Positions 13,610-26,110 of a stretch of DNA of 64,000 nucleotides are shown here, piece by piece; within the stretch, counting starts at the first letter, position 1; each line of letters starts with the position of its first letter. The notes beneath the pieces are model-generated. The model was given only the letters and a program-made list of their open reading frames with translations. It was not told the origin of the DNA and did not search any database. The position numbers and the translations under genes were made by a program. Origin of the DNA: the human T2T-CHM13v2.0 reference genome, Homo sapiens; NCBI RefSeq assembly GCF_009914755.1, contig NC_060930.1. The stretch is one strand, 5' to 3'.

Positions 13610-16600
13610 TAAATTCAACCGTTGAGTACAGACTTGAAATATTTTTTTTTATTTATGTGTTGGGTGTCTTATAAATGTAACAGTGGCTTAACAGTCCAAA
13701 AAACATCAAACTTTGTTTCATGCTCTTCATAAACTACCAAAAGGCATGCCTTTATTTTTAGCAGTGAATTCAGTATTCACTAAGCAATTAAAAAAAAAAA
13801 ACTGTCAAATTTGTAGGGAGACATTTCCTTGAAAATATCATCTCATCTTTTTGCTGGGGCAAAAAGCTAATTTTTAGTTCTGAAAATAAACTTTTCTCAA
13901 CCCCAAAAAGAACTGTGTCTAGATGAGAGTAAATTAAAAATAAAAACCTTTAGGTAATATCTGACGGAGAAAATATCAAGAGGTAGGTGATTGCTTTCCA
14001 GAATTCTTCCTGGGATTCAGAATGAAGATCATCCATGGTGTCTCTGAAGATGCTTAACATAAGTATAGATAGCATCTGGAGGAAAAAAAACACGAGATAT
14101 CTTTACGTTAGCATTCCATGAGCTAGAGATATCAGCATTTTCTTCTAACTTCGCTTATTTAATTCTTGGGTAGCTCTGTAAGTCTAAGGATTAAAATGCC
14201 AGAAAGAAAACGAGGGCCTTAAGATAGAGTTAGCTATAGTCTAAACAAGGAGAGAGGCCCTGTGCATTATCCTCATGTGAATGGAGATTCCTTGGATAAT
14301 GACTATAGACTGGATAGGGAAAAAGGCTTTGCACACAGCCACCCATTGTTCAGTCTTTATTAGAACCAAAATAAGTGGAGGCTTGCTTTTCAGGCCCACT
14401 CTGTGAGGACTGAAGAGAGGAATGTCACTGGATCCCAACAGTATTTGATGTCTTCATTTTCCAGGACTCTTCTGAGAGAGACCTGGCAGGCTAGAGCAGT
14501 TGACACAGAGAAAAGGCAAATCCTGAACCAAGTCACATTCCTAGTAATGAGCAGTAGAGCATTTCTATAATGATAAGGCACTTTTACTGCTATGGTTGAG
14601 TTAATAGAACATTGATGACATCACAGTTTCTTTAGTGAAAAAAATGAAAAGAAGGGAAGAGAAAAAAAGTCCCCAGCACAGCAGATAAGATATGTGACCA
14701 ACAGAAACATACTGTATTAGGGCAAGAATGAATACATTACTAAAACTTTTAAACCATCATCTCAAACTTCTATTCAACTGGCCCATCCCTAGAAGGGTAG
14801 AAAAAAAGAAATAAACAGATCAAAATTAAATATTACAAGTTTTCTGGGTTGGCTATTTGTCAGAATTAGTAGTTCCCTTGGTCGTAGGTTTTTGGTGTGC
14901 TTTATCCTTTATATGACTATTCATGGATATACAGTTTTTTTTGGTGGGGGGGTTTAGAACTATGAACACATTGAAACTTAAAATATGTTCTAAATGTACT
15001 TCTAAGAGCCCCAAGATTGCGCCAAACAGCCATTTTACAGCTCTCTAGATTTCCACTAATCAGCAAAAGTTACTGGCCTTAGAAAAAGCTAAGTTCATTG
15101 TCCTGTAAAATACTGTGGGTATTTATATCACAGCGTGATACATCTCAGAGAGAAAAGAAAGCGGGTAAGAGATTTTTAGATCTATTACACCATTTAACTA
15201 AAAGAATGTTTATATGACTCACTGCACAAAGTTTAAATACATGAGGCAATTTTGATTGTTAACTCCCTGAACTTGCTGGCAGAGCAAAGTGAGACCAAGA
15301 CATTTCTAAACAGTGTGCTCTGGTATTGTTATCTACTATAAGGCACTTTCTGTCTTATCAGCTGCTGCAGTCATCTTCTTAGCTCCATAAAACCTGCTCA
15401 CTAGCATGGGTCATTTTTGTTTATTTGGAATTGAAGAACATTAAGTATTAGCTGGTTACTAGTTAGGTCTGTTTCTCAAAGTTAAATAAGAGGGAACTTT
15501 AGTGATAAAGTCTGTCCTCAAGAAAAAGTTTGCTTAACCCATTCATTCTGTTTCCCAGATATATTTTTATTTAAAATATATTATAGCTATCTATTATAGA
15601 AATATGAACAGTAAAAACAAGAAAATGTTCCAATCTTAATTTTCCACATAACTACTCAATTATTTTAAAGTATTTCTTTACAGATTTTTAAATGAAAACT
15701 TGCACATGGTTCAAAATGAAGTTTTGCATTCCGTTACTTTCCTTTATTATGTTGTTTTCTATGTTGCTTTATATCATATCAAATTGCTGCATCGTAAGGA
15801 TATAAGAACATTTACTTAATTTTTACCCTTTTGTTGATTAAGTTGTACAGTATTCCTGTAAGCCTAGTTGTAAAGTTAATTCTACACTTGCTTCTTACAT
15901 TTTTGGGTGTGTCTTTCTCATGTTACAAAACCCCAGCGAGTTTCTCTTCAATTTGTTGAAAGAGAAGTCTAACTTACATATTAGCATTTGGAAAAAGTGC
16001 TGCATTTATTTTTGGTTAGCTTTAAAAATATGCACATGATAAAATTATTCCAAGATATATGTTAGTGTTGCAGTGCTGCAATTGTGATTCAATTCTGTCG
16101 TGGGACCCATACACATACCCAGACCCACCCAGTATATTCATTCTATCAGCATAAGTCCTATCAGGCAGGAAAGTTAATTCTGCTTTGGGGGATAGGGTAG
16201 AATTATGATAACCAAGATAACCAGGGTATTTTTCCCATGCTTTCTTAGGTGAAAGACTAAGCTGTTCTAGGGAAAACTTGCAAATGTAAAGAATCTAAAT
16301 CTAGATAGAATATACAATCCGCCTTTTAAGGGTGTAAGGACTAGTTAACATTTATCTTTTGGCCTCTTTCAACCATCTCCCTCCACGCTTTCCTCTTTTT
16401 TCCTCTTCACTAGCTACTTTCCATCTGCTGACTCCTTACCCTGGCTATTAATATTTTTAGGAAAATTGAGGGCTTGGCACAGGTGAGTTCCCACTCTCAG
16501 TCATGATCCTACTACTGCCAGGCCTGGCTCAGGCTTTCTCTGCTTTGAGGCAGGTCTAAATTCAGCCAGTTGATGCTTTTGCTATTTTTTCAGAAGTGGC

Positions 16601-17084
16601 CAACTACTAGGGATATCAGGAGTAGGGCCAACATAGAGTTGGGGTGTTATTCTGGAGATGGATAGCAAAGACACCTCTTCATCTTATCAGTATCCAATCA
16701 TGAGAACAGAGGTTTGACCCCAGACCTCATGAAACTAGTCTTAGATTTTAAACTGAGACCAAGACTGTGGCCTTGGAAGTGTTTTATTAACAAATTAAGA
16801 AAATTTTGATTTTAAAAGCTACTTATTCTTTAAAAATAATTTAAATAAAAAAAGATCAAACATAAATTTGTTAACTATGTAAGAATGCAAGAAATGCCCT
16901 ACTATCTGCCAAACTGATAGTCTATCCAGCGCAAAGTTCTGCCTCTGATATTGTTATCACATGAACACTAGATGTCTGTCAGCAGGTGAACTTCAATAAG
17001 ACCCACCCTCAAAACCTGTAAATTAAAAAACCAAAAATGGTTTTACATTTATAGCTTATAGAAAATAATAATCTTTTCACCTAC

Positions 17085-18812
17085 TAGTAATCTCTTGACC
17101 TACTTTCCCCTTCAATTATTGAACCAATTCTTTGCTCCTCTTTTCAGCAAAACTTCTCACTGGAGTTGACACTTACTTTCTTCAGTTTCTCTCCTCTCAT
17201 TTTATCTTGTTTATTTTTAATTTTTATGTATTTAATTTTATTTTTTTTAGAGACAGGGTCTCACTCTGTCACCCAAGCTGGAGTGCAGTGACACAATCAC
17301 TACAGCTCACTGCAGCCCACCGCAGCCTTGAACTCTCGAGCTCAAGCAAACCTCCCACCTCAGCCTCAGAAATAGCTGAGACTACAGGCACGTGCTACCA
17401 CGTCCAGCTAATTTTTTTAATTTTTGTTTTTGAAATTTTTAGTAGAGATTGGATCTTGCTATATTGGTCAGCCTGGCATCAAGCAATCCTCCCAACCTCG
17501 GCCTCCCAAAGTGCTGGGATTATAGGCATGAGCCCCCATGCCTGGCCCTCTCTCATTTTATCTCATACACACTTTAGCCATCCTTTTAACCCCAGAACTC
17601 CCCTGAAACTGCTTTTGTCAAGGCCACTGATGACATCTAGATTAAAAAATCTCATGCCACTTCTCAATCATTTTCTTAAAAGTTTAGCAGCTACATTTGG
17701 CCCAGTTTTTCACCCTTCTTCATGAAACGTTTCTTCATTTGTTTTCCAGGATACAATATTTTCTTGTTTTTTTGTCCTACCTGACAATATTGCTGGTTCC
17801 TCTTCATCTCTCAGACTCCATCTGTAAGATCCCCTAGACTTTTTCACTGTACTCCCTCCCTCGGTCATCTCAGTCAGTCTCAAGGCTTTAATACCATCTA
17901 TCCATTTATGACTCCTAGTTTCATACCTCCAGCCCAGTCTTCTTTTATTTTTCAGGCTCAACTACTCTCTTGGAAGAATAATATATAATTCAAAATTAAT
18001 ATATCCAAAGCCAAACTCCTGTTATTCCCCCTCAAAACCTCCTCCTCTCACAATCTTCATTATTTAATAATTGACAACTTTATCTTTCAAGTGATTCAGT
18101 CAAAACCTTTGAAGTCATCCTTGATTACTCTGCTTATTCCATTCACTAAGTCCAAATTTGTCAACAAACCATTCAGTTTTATCTTTAAAATTTATTCAGA
18201 AATACACCACTTCTCATTACCACTACCACTACTACCTGGTTTTAGCCATAACCATACCCTACCTTTCCTCTAGCAAGAATGGTCCAGATGAAATCACTCA
18301 GATAAGAAAGATAATATGTCAGGTAATATTACACCTCTATTGAAAACCCACAATGGCTCTCCATCTTCCTCAGAGAAAGTCCAAATTCTTACAATGGTTT
18401 AAAAAATCATCTACTTTATCTAGCTCATCCCACTCTTGCAAGACTTCATGCTGCTTCTAGAACTCACTTGGTACAGAAATTTACACTTATTGCTCCCTAG
18501 CCTAAAATATTCTTCTAGAGAGCCACATGGCTCCCTCCTCCCTCTCTTCCAGGCTTTGTCACCTCTAGGGAAAGCTTTCTTTGATTACTATTTAAAATGT
18601 ACACCTCCAAACATCATATCCCTTTCTATTTCTACTTTATCTTTGACCGTATGCCATGGTATATATTTTACCTATTTGTCTCCACCCAATTAAGCTCTAT
18701 CAGTATAAGGGCTCTCTTTCATTCATTACTGCATCCTCACAGCTCAGCAAAGTACTAGGCACTTACCAGGCACTTGATAAATATTTGTTGACTGTGTATG
18801 TAAATAAATGAA
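17085..18812 (+). mobile_element. L2 (L2a-like) remnant interrupted by AluJ
   Basis: Pyrimidine-rich L2 body ending in the typical tail ggcacttgataaatatttgttga..aaatgaa. Confidence 0.8.
17208..17547 (-). mobile_element. AluJ
   Basis: J diagnostics (gacagggtctcactctg, cagccttgaactc, ctcaagcaa). TSD ctctcattttatct at 17194-17207 / 17550-17563. Confidence 0.9.
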
Positions 18813-19114
18813 AGATATAGACAAGAAGTTAGGAGTTTATCACAATAGGCCAAGGTGAGAAATTATAGTGGCTTGAACCAGGGTGGTAGCAGTGGACATA
18901 CTGATACATTGCAGAGATAAAGAAAACACGAGTATTGGGATTCCTGTTATTTCTATTTTTCTCATCATACGAGTAACAAATCCACATTGTAGTTGAATGT
19001 ATCAGTATTGAGAGTTCATTAATGTGAGGCTTCCCGCCAAGGACGTGACCTACCTTCTACATGCCAGTAAAGATCTGCTTCTCAACCTAGAGAACTGAGG
19101 ACCAGACCTTAAAC

Positions 19115-19352
19115 TGGGATTGCCATATAAAATACAAGACATCCAGATAAATTTGAATTTCAGACAAACAAGGAATGAAATAAAAAGTGTGTTCCAAATA
19201 TTGCCCAAGGCATAATTATACTAAGTTTACTAAGAGTATATATGTAATTGTATGTAAATATGTGTGAATTTGTGTGTATCTGTTGTTTATTTCAAATTCA
19301 AACTGTGAGTGTGCTTTTTGTGTTTGTTATTTGGCTAAAGATGGTAACTCTA
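19115..19352. mobile_element. MER53 (palindromic hAT MITE)
   Basis: tgggattgccatataaaatacaagacatccagataaatttgaatttcagacaaacaa ... ttgtttatttcaaattcaaa..gctaaagatggtaactcta. Confidence 0.8.
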
Positions 19353-21041
19353 ACCTGGATTACTGTAAATTCTCTGAACTAAAAAAACATTACTTTGTGT
19401 CTTCCTTGGGAAAGATATGTTAGCTTTCTGTTGGTAAGAATAAATCAAATGAGTCTGATTTTTCTCTTTAACTTCTACTTTACTTTTCATTGATAGGGGC
19501 TATGAAAGATCAAAGCCATATAATCAGAGCCAGAATTCAATTGTCTTTAAATTCAGTTGCTATACTTTTCTCATTGAATACTACTTTTCAGCCAATAACA
19601 ATATCAGGATGGAAAAAATATCTGTAACTTAGTTAATGCTACTTTGCATACATCTAGTAAATTTCAATTTGTTTTATAATTCCTTTCTGCCATCTGATTA
19701 AATATCATACAATGTGGTATATTCAACTAAGTGTTTGTCTAACAGAGTGGTCCCCCAGTACTCACTCAGCCTAGGGTCAACTTTTCAGCAGATGGTGGTC
19801 AGGTCTAAACTCTGCCTTTCCCCCGACTCTCTTAAGTTGACGTGATGTACAAATCATGTATTACCTATGATTGTATAATACTGAATGGGGACAGCTGACG
19901 ATGGACTCCTTCTCTATACCAGTGCATTCTCCCTGTTCCTTTAACTCCTACATTATAACAGAGCACAGGAATAGCTAGCAAGTGAAGAAAAGTTACAGAG
20001 GAAGGAAAAGAAGAGCAGTCTTGATACTAGCATAAACGAGAAGAAAAAGAAGACTTCAAAGCAGAGAGTGGCTGGTATAGAACCTTTCTTAATGTTTTTA
20101 ATATATGTTACTCACTCTGATTTTAAACTTTCATGTCCCCTACTGAATTTAGCATTTAATTATATACCATCTTCTTTTTATTCCTTCTCTATTCAACAAG
20201 ATTGACTTCTTGAAATCAGAATATCTATTCATTCACTTCTACCTATCTCAAATTAAATATCTTCTATCAAAATACTTATTGATTTATTGATGAGGTACCT
20301 GGAAATAATGGAGGTAAAAATTTACTAAATGAACAAGGGGGGAGTGTGACTAGTGTTAGAGCACAGGAATTGGAGACTAGTGATGTATAGCTAATGACAC
20401 AGTTGAGTCAGTGTCAACCCTGGACTATAATAAAAAGAATCAGATAACATAATTCCATGCACGAAGTAAGTATTCAACAAATGTTTATTAATTAATATAT
20501 TAATAAATTAAACTCAAACAACTGTTCACTCTTAATTAAGCCCATGCTCACTAATACCAATATCCATTTTAGAGTCATTCTAAAAATGAAATCACTCCTT
20601 TTGTTTTTTCCAGTCTCTTGTTTTGGCCATATAAAAAAGCTTCATACAAAGCAGTTGGAAAACATGTGATCCCTGTTAAGCTTGGCAACAGCATTACATC
20701 AAAAGCCATTAGTAGCAATAAAAAATTTTTAATTGTTGTTATATATTGGCAGAAGCTGAAAGTTCATAAAAGTACGTGAAAATAATAATTAAAAATACTG
20801 TGAGACCAGAACCAGAACATAGAATTGTCTTAGTTGCATTTTGGAATATTCACCATAACTTAGCGTTTCCTAAAGAACACTGGGCCACAATTATCAGTTA
20901 TCACCATGTGCCAGAGATACAGTTATGGATTCAAATTAAAATAGTAAGAGACATGGGATTAAATGGGAAATCTAGCAGTAACCACAGACATTTCATTGTA
21001 TCTTTCATATTTGCTGAACATTAGGTCATTTCACCTTTTTT

Positions 21042-21362
<321 letters not shown>

Positions 21363-22254
21363 TCATTTCACCTTTTTTAAAAGAAAAGTATTATAAATGT
21401 TTTGCAGCTGCATTTCTCTCAGCAAACAATGTGGCTAAGTTTTATAGAATTAGTGAAACAGAAGCTGTAACAGTCTTCATCCACATTGACCACTTACTAT
21501 CTAGAAAATCTTCCTAATCACCATTGTTGTGTCCCTTACCTCATCGTCATGCTCAGATTGACCCGTCTCTATCTCATTGATGGATCTGCTTACGTATTCA
21601 TTTTAAATTATTTGTGCAAATAGTACACATAGAGATATTCTTCATCTTCTACAATTTCATGCCAGAGGCTTTGGTAAGAATTTATTCTACTTTTTAAACA
21701 GCCAATGTCCACCACTAGAAAGTGGCATTCCTTCTATTATGACACAAGATCACTACTTTCTCCAAGTTCTGTGTGGCTTTTTGAGTATTTACTACCAGGC
21801 AACATTAAAAATGCATCTTTAATGTTATAGCAAAATGTGAAGCATTGTGAAGTGATTGCTTTCTCCATATTTCCTATTCCAAATAACATCCTAATTCTAC
21901 ATGAGCTGGGTGCGGGAAGTCTGACATCACACATTTTCAGACATTAGTCCTGCCTCCTCAGATTGTACACCACAGTTGTTTGTAATGGAATAACAACCAC
22001 AACATTTATAAATCACTTTGCAGTTTACAATGCATATTGACATATATGCCATTCACACGAAAACAGATTAGTAATGTTCAGCTGAGTTCAGGATTCTGAA
22101 ATAATCATTTATCACAAGTATAAAACGATTATGGAACAACTCAGATTTTAAAACAAGGAATAAATGGGGCGCATTGTGCAGCTATGCACTAACTCACCTG
22201 ATCTGGGCCAGATTTCCATATTTTTATAGGTGGTCCCTTGGCATACCTCATGGA

Positions 22255-22440
22255 TATGTTCTTAATTGGATGTTCCCATCAGAATTACCTGTAAAGCATA
22301 TACAAATACAGAATCTTGGGCTCAACACCAGCTCTCTAGAGTTATGTTCTGTGTGCAGATAAGAGAGGATTGATTTCCCAATTTGGTACATTTTTACAAA
22401 GCTTAATTAGTTGATTCTGAGGCACATATTTGATGGTGGA
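22255..22440. mobile_element. MER5-like hAT-Charlie fragment
   Basis: catcagaattacctg..aaatacagaatcttgggctcaacacc..tttttacaaagct..ttgattctga. Confidence 0.55.
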
Positions 22441-23152
22441 ATTTTGCACTTGCAACGTTTTATTTTATGGAAACAAACACTTTTTATATTTAAAAAAATG
22501 TAAGCCTAGGGCAAACTAGTTGACATCTATTCTTTAGAAGTAGCTGATAAATAACAGGAAATAGACTGAATTCAACAGCATGGTGAAACTAGCCATGGGA
22601 TAGAATGAACTTATTTGCTATTTTTATTAGTGATACCTGTTTCAGTCTTGATATTAAATACTTTTATAAAAGTACATAAGCCTCAATCAATCACATTTAC
22701 TGGCTAATTTTGACTTTCTCAGTCCCTCCTTTCTTTGCATTCTTTTTAAGTATTTTTTTATTGAACCTGAAATATGAGAAGGAGAGAGAGAGAGAGACAT
22801 TCAGAACTTTCCGATAAGAATTACCCTAAAAAACCTCTAATGTGTAGTCGTTTGGAGAAGTCTTATCCCGTCCTTGAGTGACTTAATAAATGCTTTTTCC
22901 CTCTAAATATTGATATCATTCAAGGTGAATGAATGTGACCATGCTTATCTATTTCAAGCCCTATATATATTTAGTTTTACTGTAAACATTAGTAGATATT
23001 GTAGCTGTATATGATGATACTCCTTGTTTTTCATTGGAATAGTAGAATTCACATACATACAAATAATGAACTGGCTGCTAAATCCAAAATATTTTTGATT
23101 TGCAAAACCCTTAGACAGGAAGGTCTTAAAAATTTATAAAACAATTATCTCA

Positions 23153-23435
23153 TTGAGACAGCAATTCCTTTGGTTGCCCAGGCTGGAGTGCAGTGACGCA
23201 ATCATGGCTCACTGCAGCCTCGACCTCCTAGGTTCAAGCAATCCTCCCACCTCAGCCTCCTGAGTAGCTGGGACCACAGGCACGCAACACCACACCAGGC
23301 TAATTTTTCTATTTTTTATAGAGACAAGGTTTGACCATGTTGTCCAGGCTGGTCTCAAACTCCTGAATTCAAGGGATTCTCCCTCCTTGGCATCCTAAAG
23401 TGCTGGGATTACAGGCGTGAGCCACCATGCCCAGC
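23153..23435 (-). mobile_element. AluJ lacking a recognisable poly(A) tail
   Basis: J diagnostics (atcatggctcactgcagcctcgacctcc, caagcaatcctcccacc). Confidence 0.9.
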
Positions 23436-24399
23436 ACAGAGTGGTGAACTTTATGGACAAGTTTACTTGCGGCATGGAACACTGATGCCATATTGGACAA
23501 CTGAGGCCACAGGAAGCCACCTTCCACCTTGTACTCCAGGTCTTCCTACAGATACACACACACCCCACTCTCAGTAGAAGTATGTTACCACAGTATTTCA
23601 GATAAATTTACACATCAGCTTACAAATGTTTTCCACTTCCTAGTAAAATAATTATTTTATTTTTTCTCTTTTACTGACTGTCACCTCCTTCATCAATATG
23701 CAGTTATTTTCTGCTAGTTTTCCACATCACAGGGCTTAACCTCCCTCACCAAAATGACTGTCTCTGGCACTCAGATTTGGCACTTGTTTTTCTTCTTCTT
23801 TAACTCTGCTTCAGGCACCTTTATCTATGTTCTCATAATCCCCCAGAGACTTCTTTCTTTCCTGCCAAGAGAAGGGATAATTCACAGCACAAATGTCTAC
23901 TTCAGTTTTCTTCCTACCCTATCAGTACTAGGAGGATAGAGCTATTTCCAGCAAAGCTTGTTTCTTCATTTTTCTTTTCTTTCCTGAGGTGCAAAATAAA
24001 AGAGTAAGAAGAAAAGACAAGTGATGCTTCTTCCAGATGTGGGACAGAACCAAAACTGGTCTCAATATAACTGAGGTTCAATAGACACTCTCTTTTATAG
24101 ATAAAATTAAGGTTATTTCTAAGCAACAGCCTCCAAATATTTTGATTAACTATTATAGAAACAAGGAACATTAGATCCCAAATGATCATAAGCATCATCT
24201 TTAAACTTCACATCTTATATGAAAACAAATTTTGACTTAGTGCCCCTAAAGCAACTAGTAACACAGTTTTCATTTTGCCAAATACAATATTATATTTATT
24301 CTTTTTTGTTTACCCAAAATAAAGTATTGGTTTATAAATCACTTTGCGTTACAGAATCCTAACAGTAATCATTGCCTAGTTTGCTAGTAGCCATCAGAT

Positions 24400-26070
24400 G
24401 ATCAGTGGAGGAGATTAGTGAATCCAGAAACATATCTATTCACTGTACATACAGAGGTTTAATAACAGTCAAGATGGTAAGGATATTTCAGAAAGATAGT
24501 TTATTAATAATTGATGAATATAACAACTGGATAACTAATCCAAAATTATAGAGTTGCTTCCATACCTCTTACATCAAAATTAATTTTGACTCAATCACTG
24601 GAAATAAAAATGTAAAAGTAAATGAAAATATAAAAGTAGCAGAAGCAGCCATGGCAAGGTATTAAAAAGAAATCTCCTGACTAGGGATGGTCTTTCTATA
24701 TGACACATATCCTGAAGCCATAAAGCAAAAAAGAATTGAAATTTTAATTATATTACATTCAGTAATAATAGCTATATTAAAGATTCAATAAAAGCAAGGT
24801 TAAAATCAAATCAAAAAATGGAGGTATAAATATTTGCAAGTCACATTACAGACAAAGGGGCTAATTTCCCCATATATTAAAAGACAATAAGAATAACAAT
24901 GGTACAGTTAAAACCTGGAAAATACTAGAAATGGTTTACAGAAAAGTATTAAAAATAACTTCAATATATTTTCACATATGCAACTTTGCTCTTATTCAAA
25001 GAAATGAACATGAAAATTTTAAGACTATCCCATTTTCACTTCTCTGTTTGGCAAAGGTCTAAATGTTTGTTAACAAAATTGTGTTGATGGGTGATATGAT
25101 TTGGCTGTGTCCCCACCCAAATCTCATCTTGAATTGTAGCTCCCATAATTTCCACATATTGTTGGAGGGACCTTGTGGGAGATAACTGGATCAGAGGGAC
25201 AGTTTCCCCCGTACTGTTCTCATGGTAGTGAGTAAGTCTCATGATAATTGATGGTTTTATAAACGGAAATCCCTTTCACTTGGTTCTCATTCTCTCTTTT
25301 CTGTTGCCCCGTAAGACGTGGATTTTGCCTTCCACCATGATTGTGAGGCCTCCCCAGCCACATGGAACTGTGAGACCGTTAAACCTCTTTTTCTTTATAA
25401 ATTACCCAGTCTCAGGTATGTCTTTATCAGCAACCATGAAAACTGACTAATACAGTGGTGTTATGAAAAAAGAGGTACTCTAATTTATTTGGAGGGGGTG
25501 TAAAAATTTTTACAATAGCCATGGATAAGTTGTCACGAATTAAAACCCAAGTAAAAGACCTCATACTTGAAAAGACCTTAGAGTCTTTATTACAGTACTC
25601 TACTTTCAGGAATTTATGCTAATATTACTCATTACACGTTAGTAAAATTTTATTCATTTAAGACTATTAATTGAAGCACTGTGTTGAACTGGCAAAAATT
25701 TGGAAAGTACCCTATATGTTCAGCAATATGACTGATGAAGTACATTTGGATAGGTCCTTAAAATGGAATAATAAGCAGATTAAGTGACAAAAATAGCAAG
25801 GCATTAAGCAGTGCTCATGCTGCATTTCATGTGTCTGTATGTAGCATGCTACCACCTGCATATAAGAATGTTTCTATCTGTGCATGCATTTGCTTGATAT
25901 GCACACAATATCTCTGGAAATATGTAGTAGTTTGTTCATGGAAAGGGTCTGGATGGATGGCAGACAAGCATATGCTTTTTCTACCTTTTCAATTTCATCA
26001 ACTTTTTAATTTAAGATGTACATTAAGTCAAATTACAAAACTGAAAATTTTCAGTAGCATAATCATATTT
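24400..26070 (+). mobile_element. Old L1M (L1MC/ME-like) ORF2 3' end and 3' UTR, interrupted by THE1
   Basis: Degenerate L1 ORF2 C-terminal segments (aaatatttgcaagtcacattacagacaaagggg; ttggcaaaggt; aaatggaata). Confidence 0.65.
25092..25454 (+). mobile_element. THE1 (THE1B-like) solo LTR
   Basis: Complete LTR from tgatatgatttggctgtgtccccacccaaatctcatcttgaattgtagctccc to aactgactaataca. Confidence 0.93.
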
Positions 26071-26080
26071 TTGTAAATAT

Positions 26081-26110
26081 TTTACCTAATAAAGGTTTAC
26101 CTAATAAAGG
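26081..26110. repeat. 15-bp tandem duplication (tttacctaataaagg)x2
   Basis: Two perfect adjacent copies. Confidence 0.9.
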
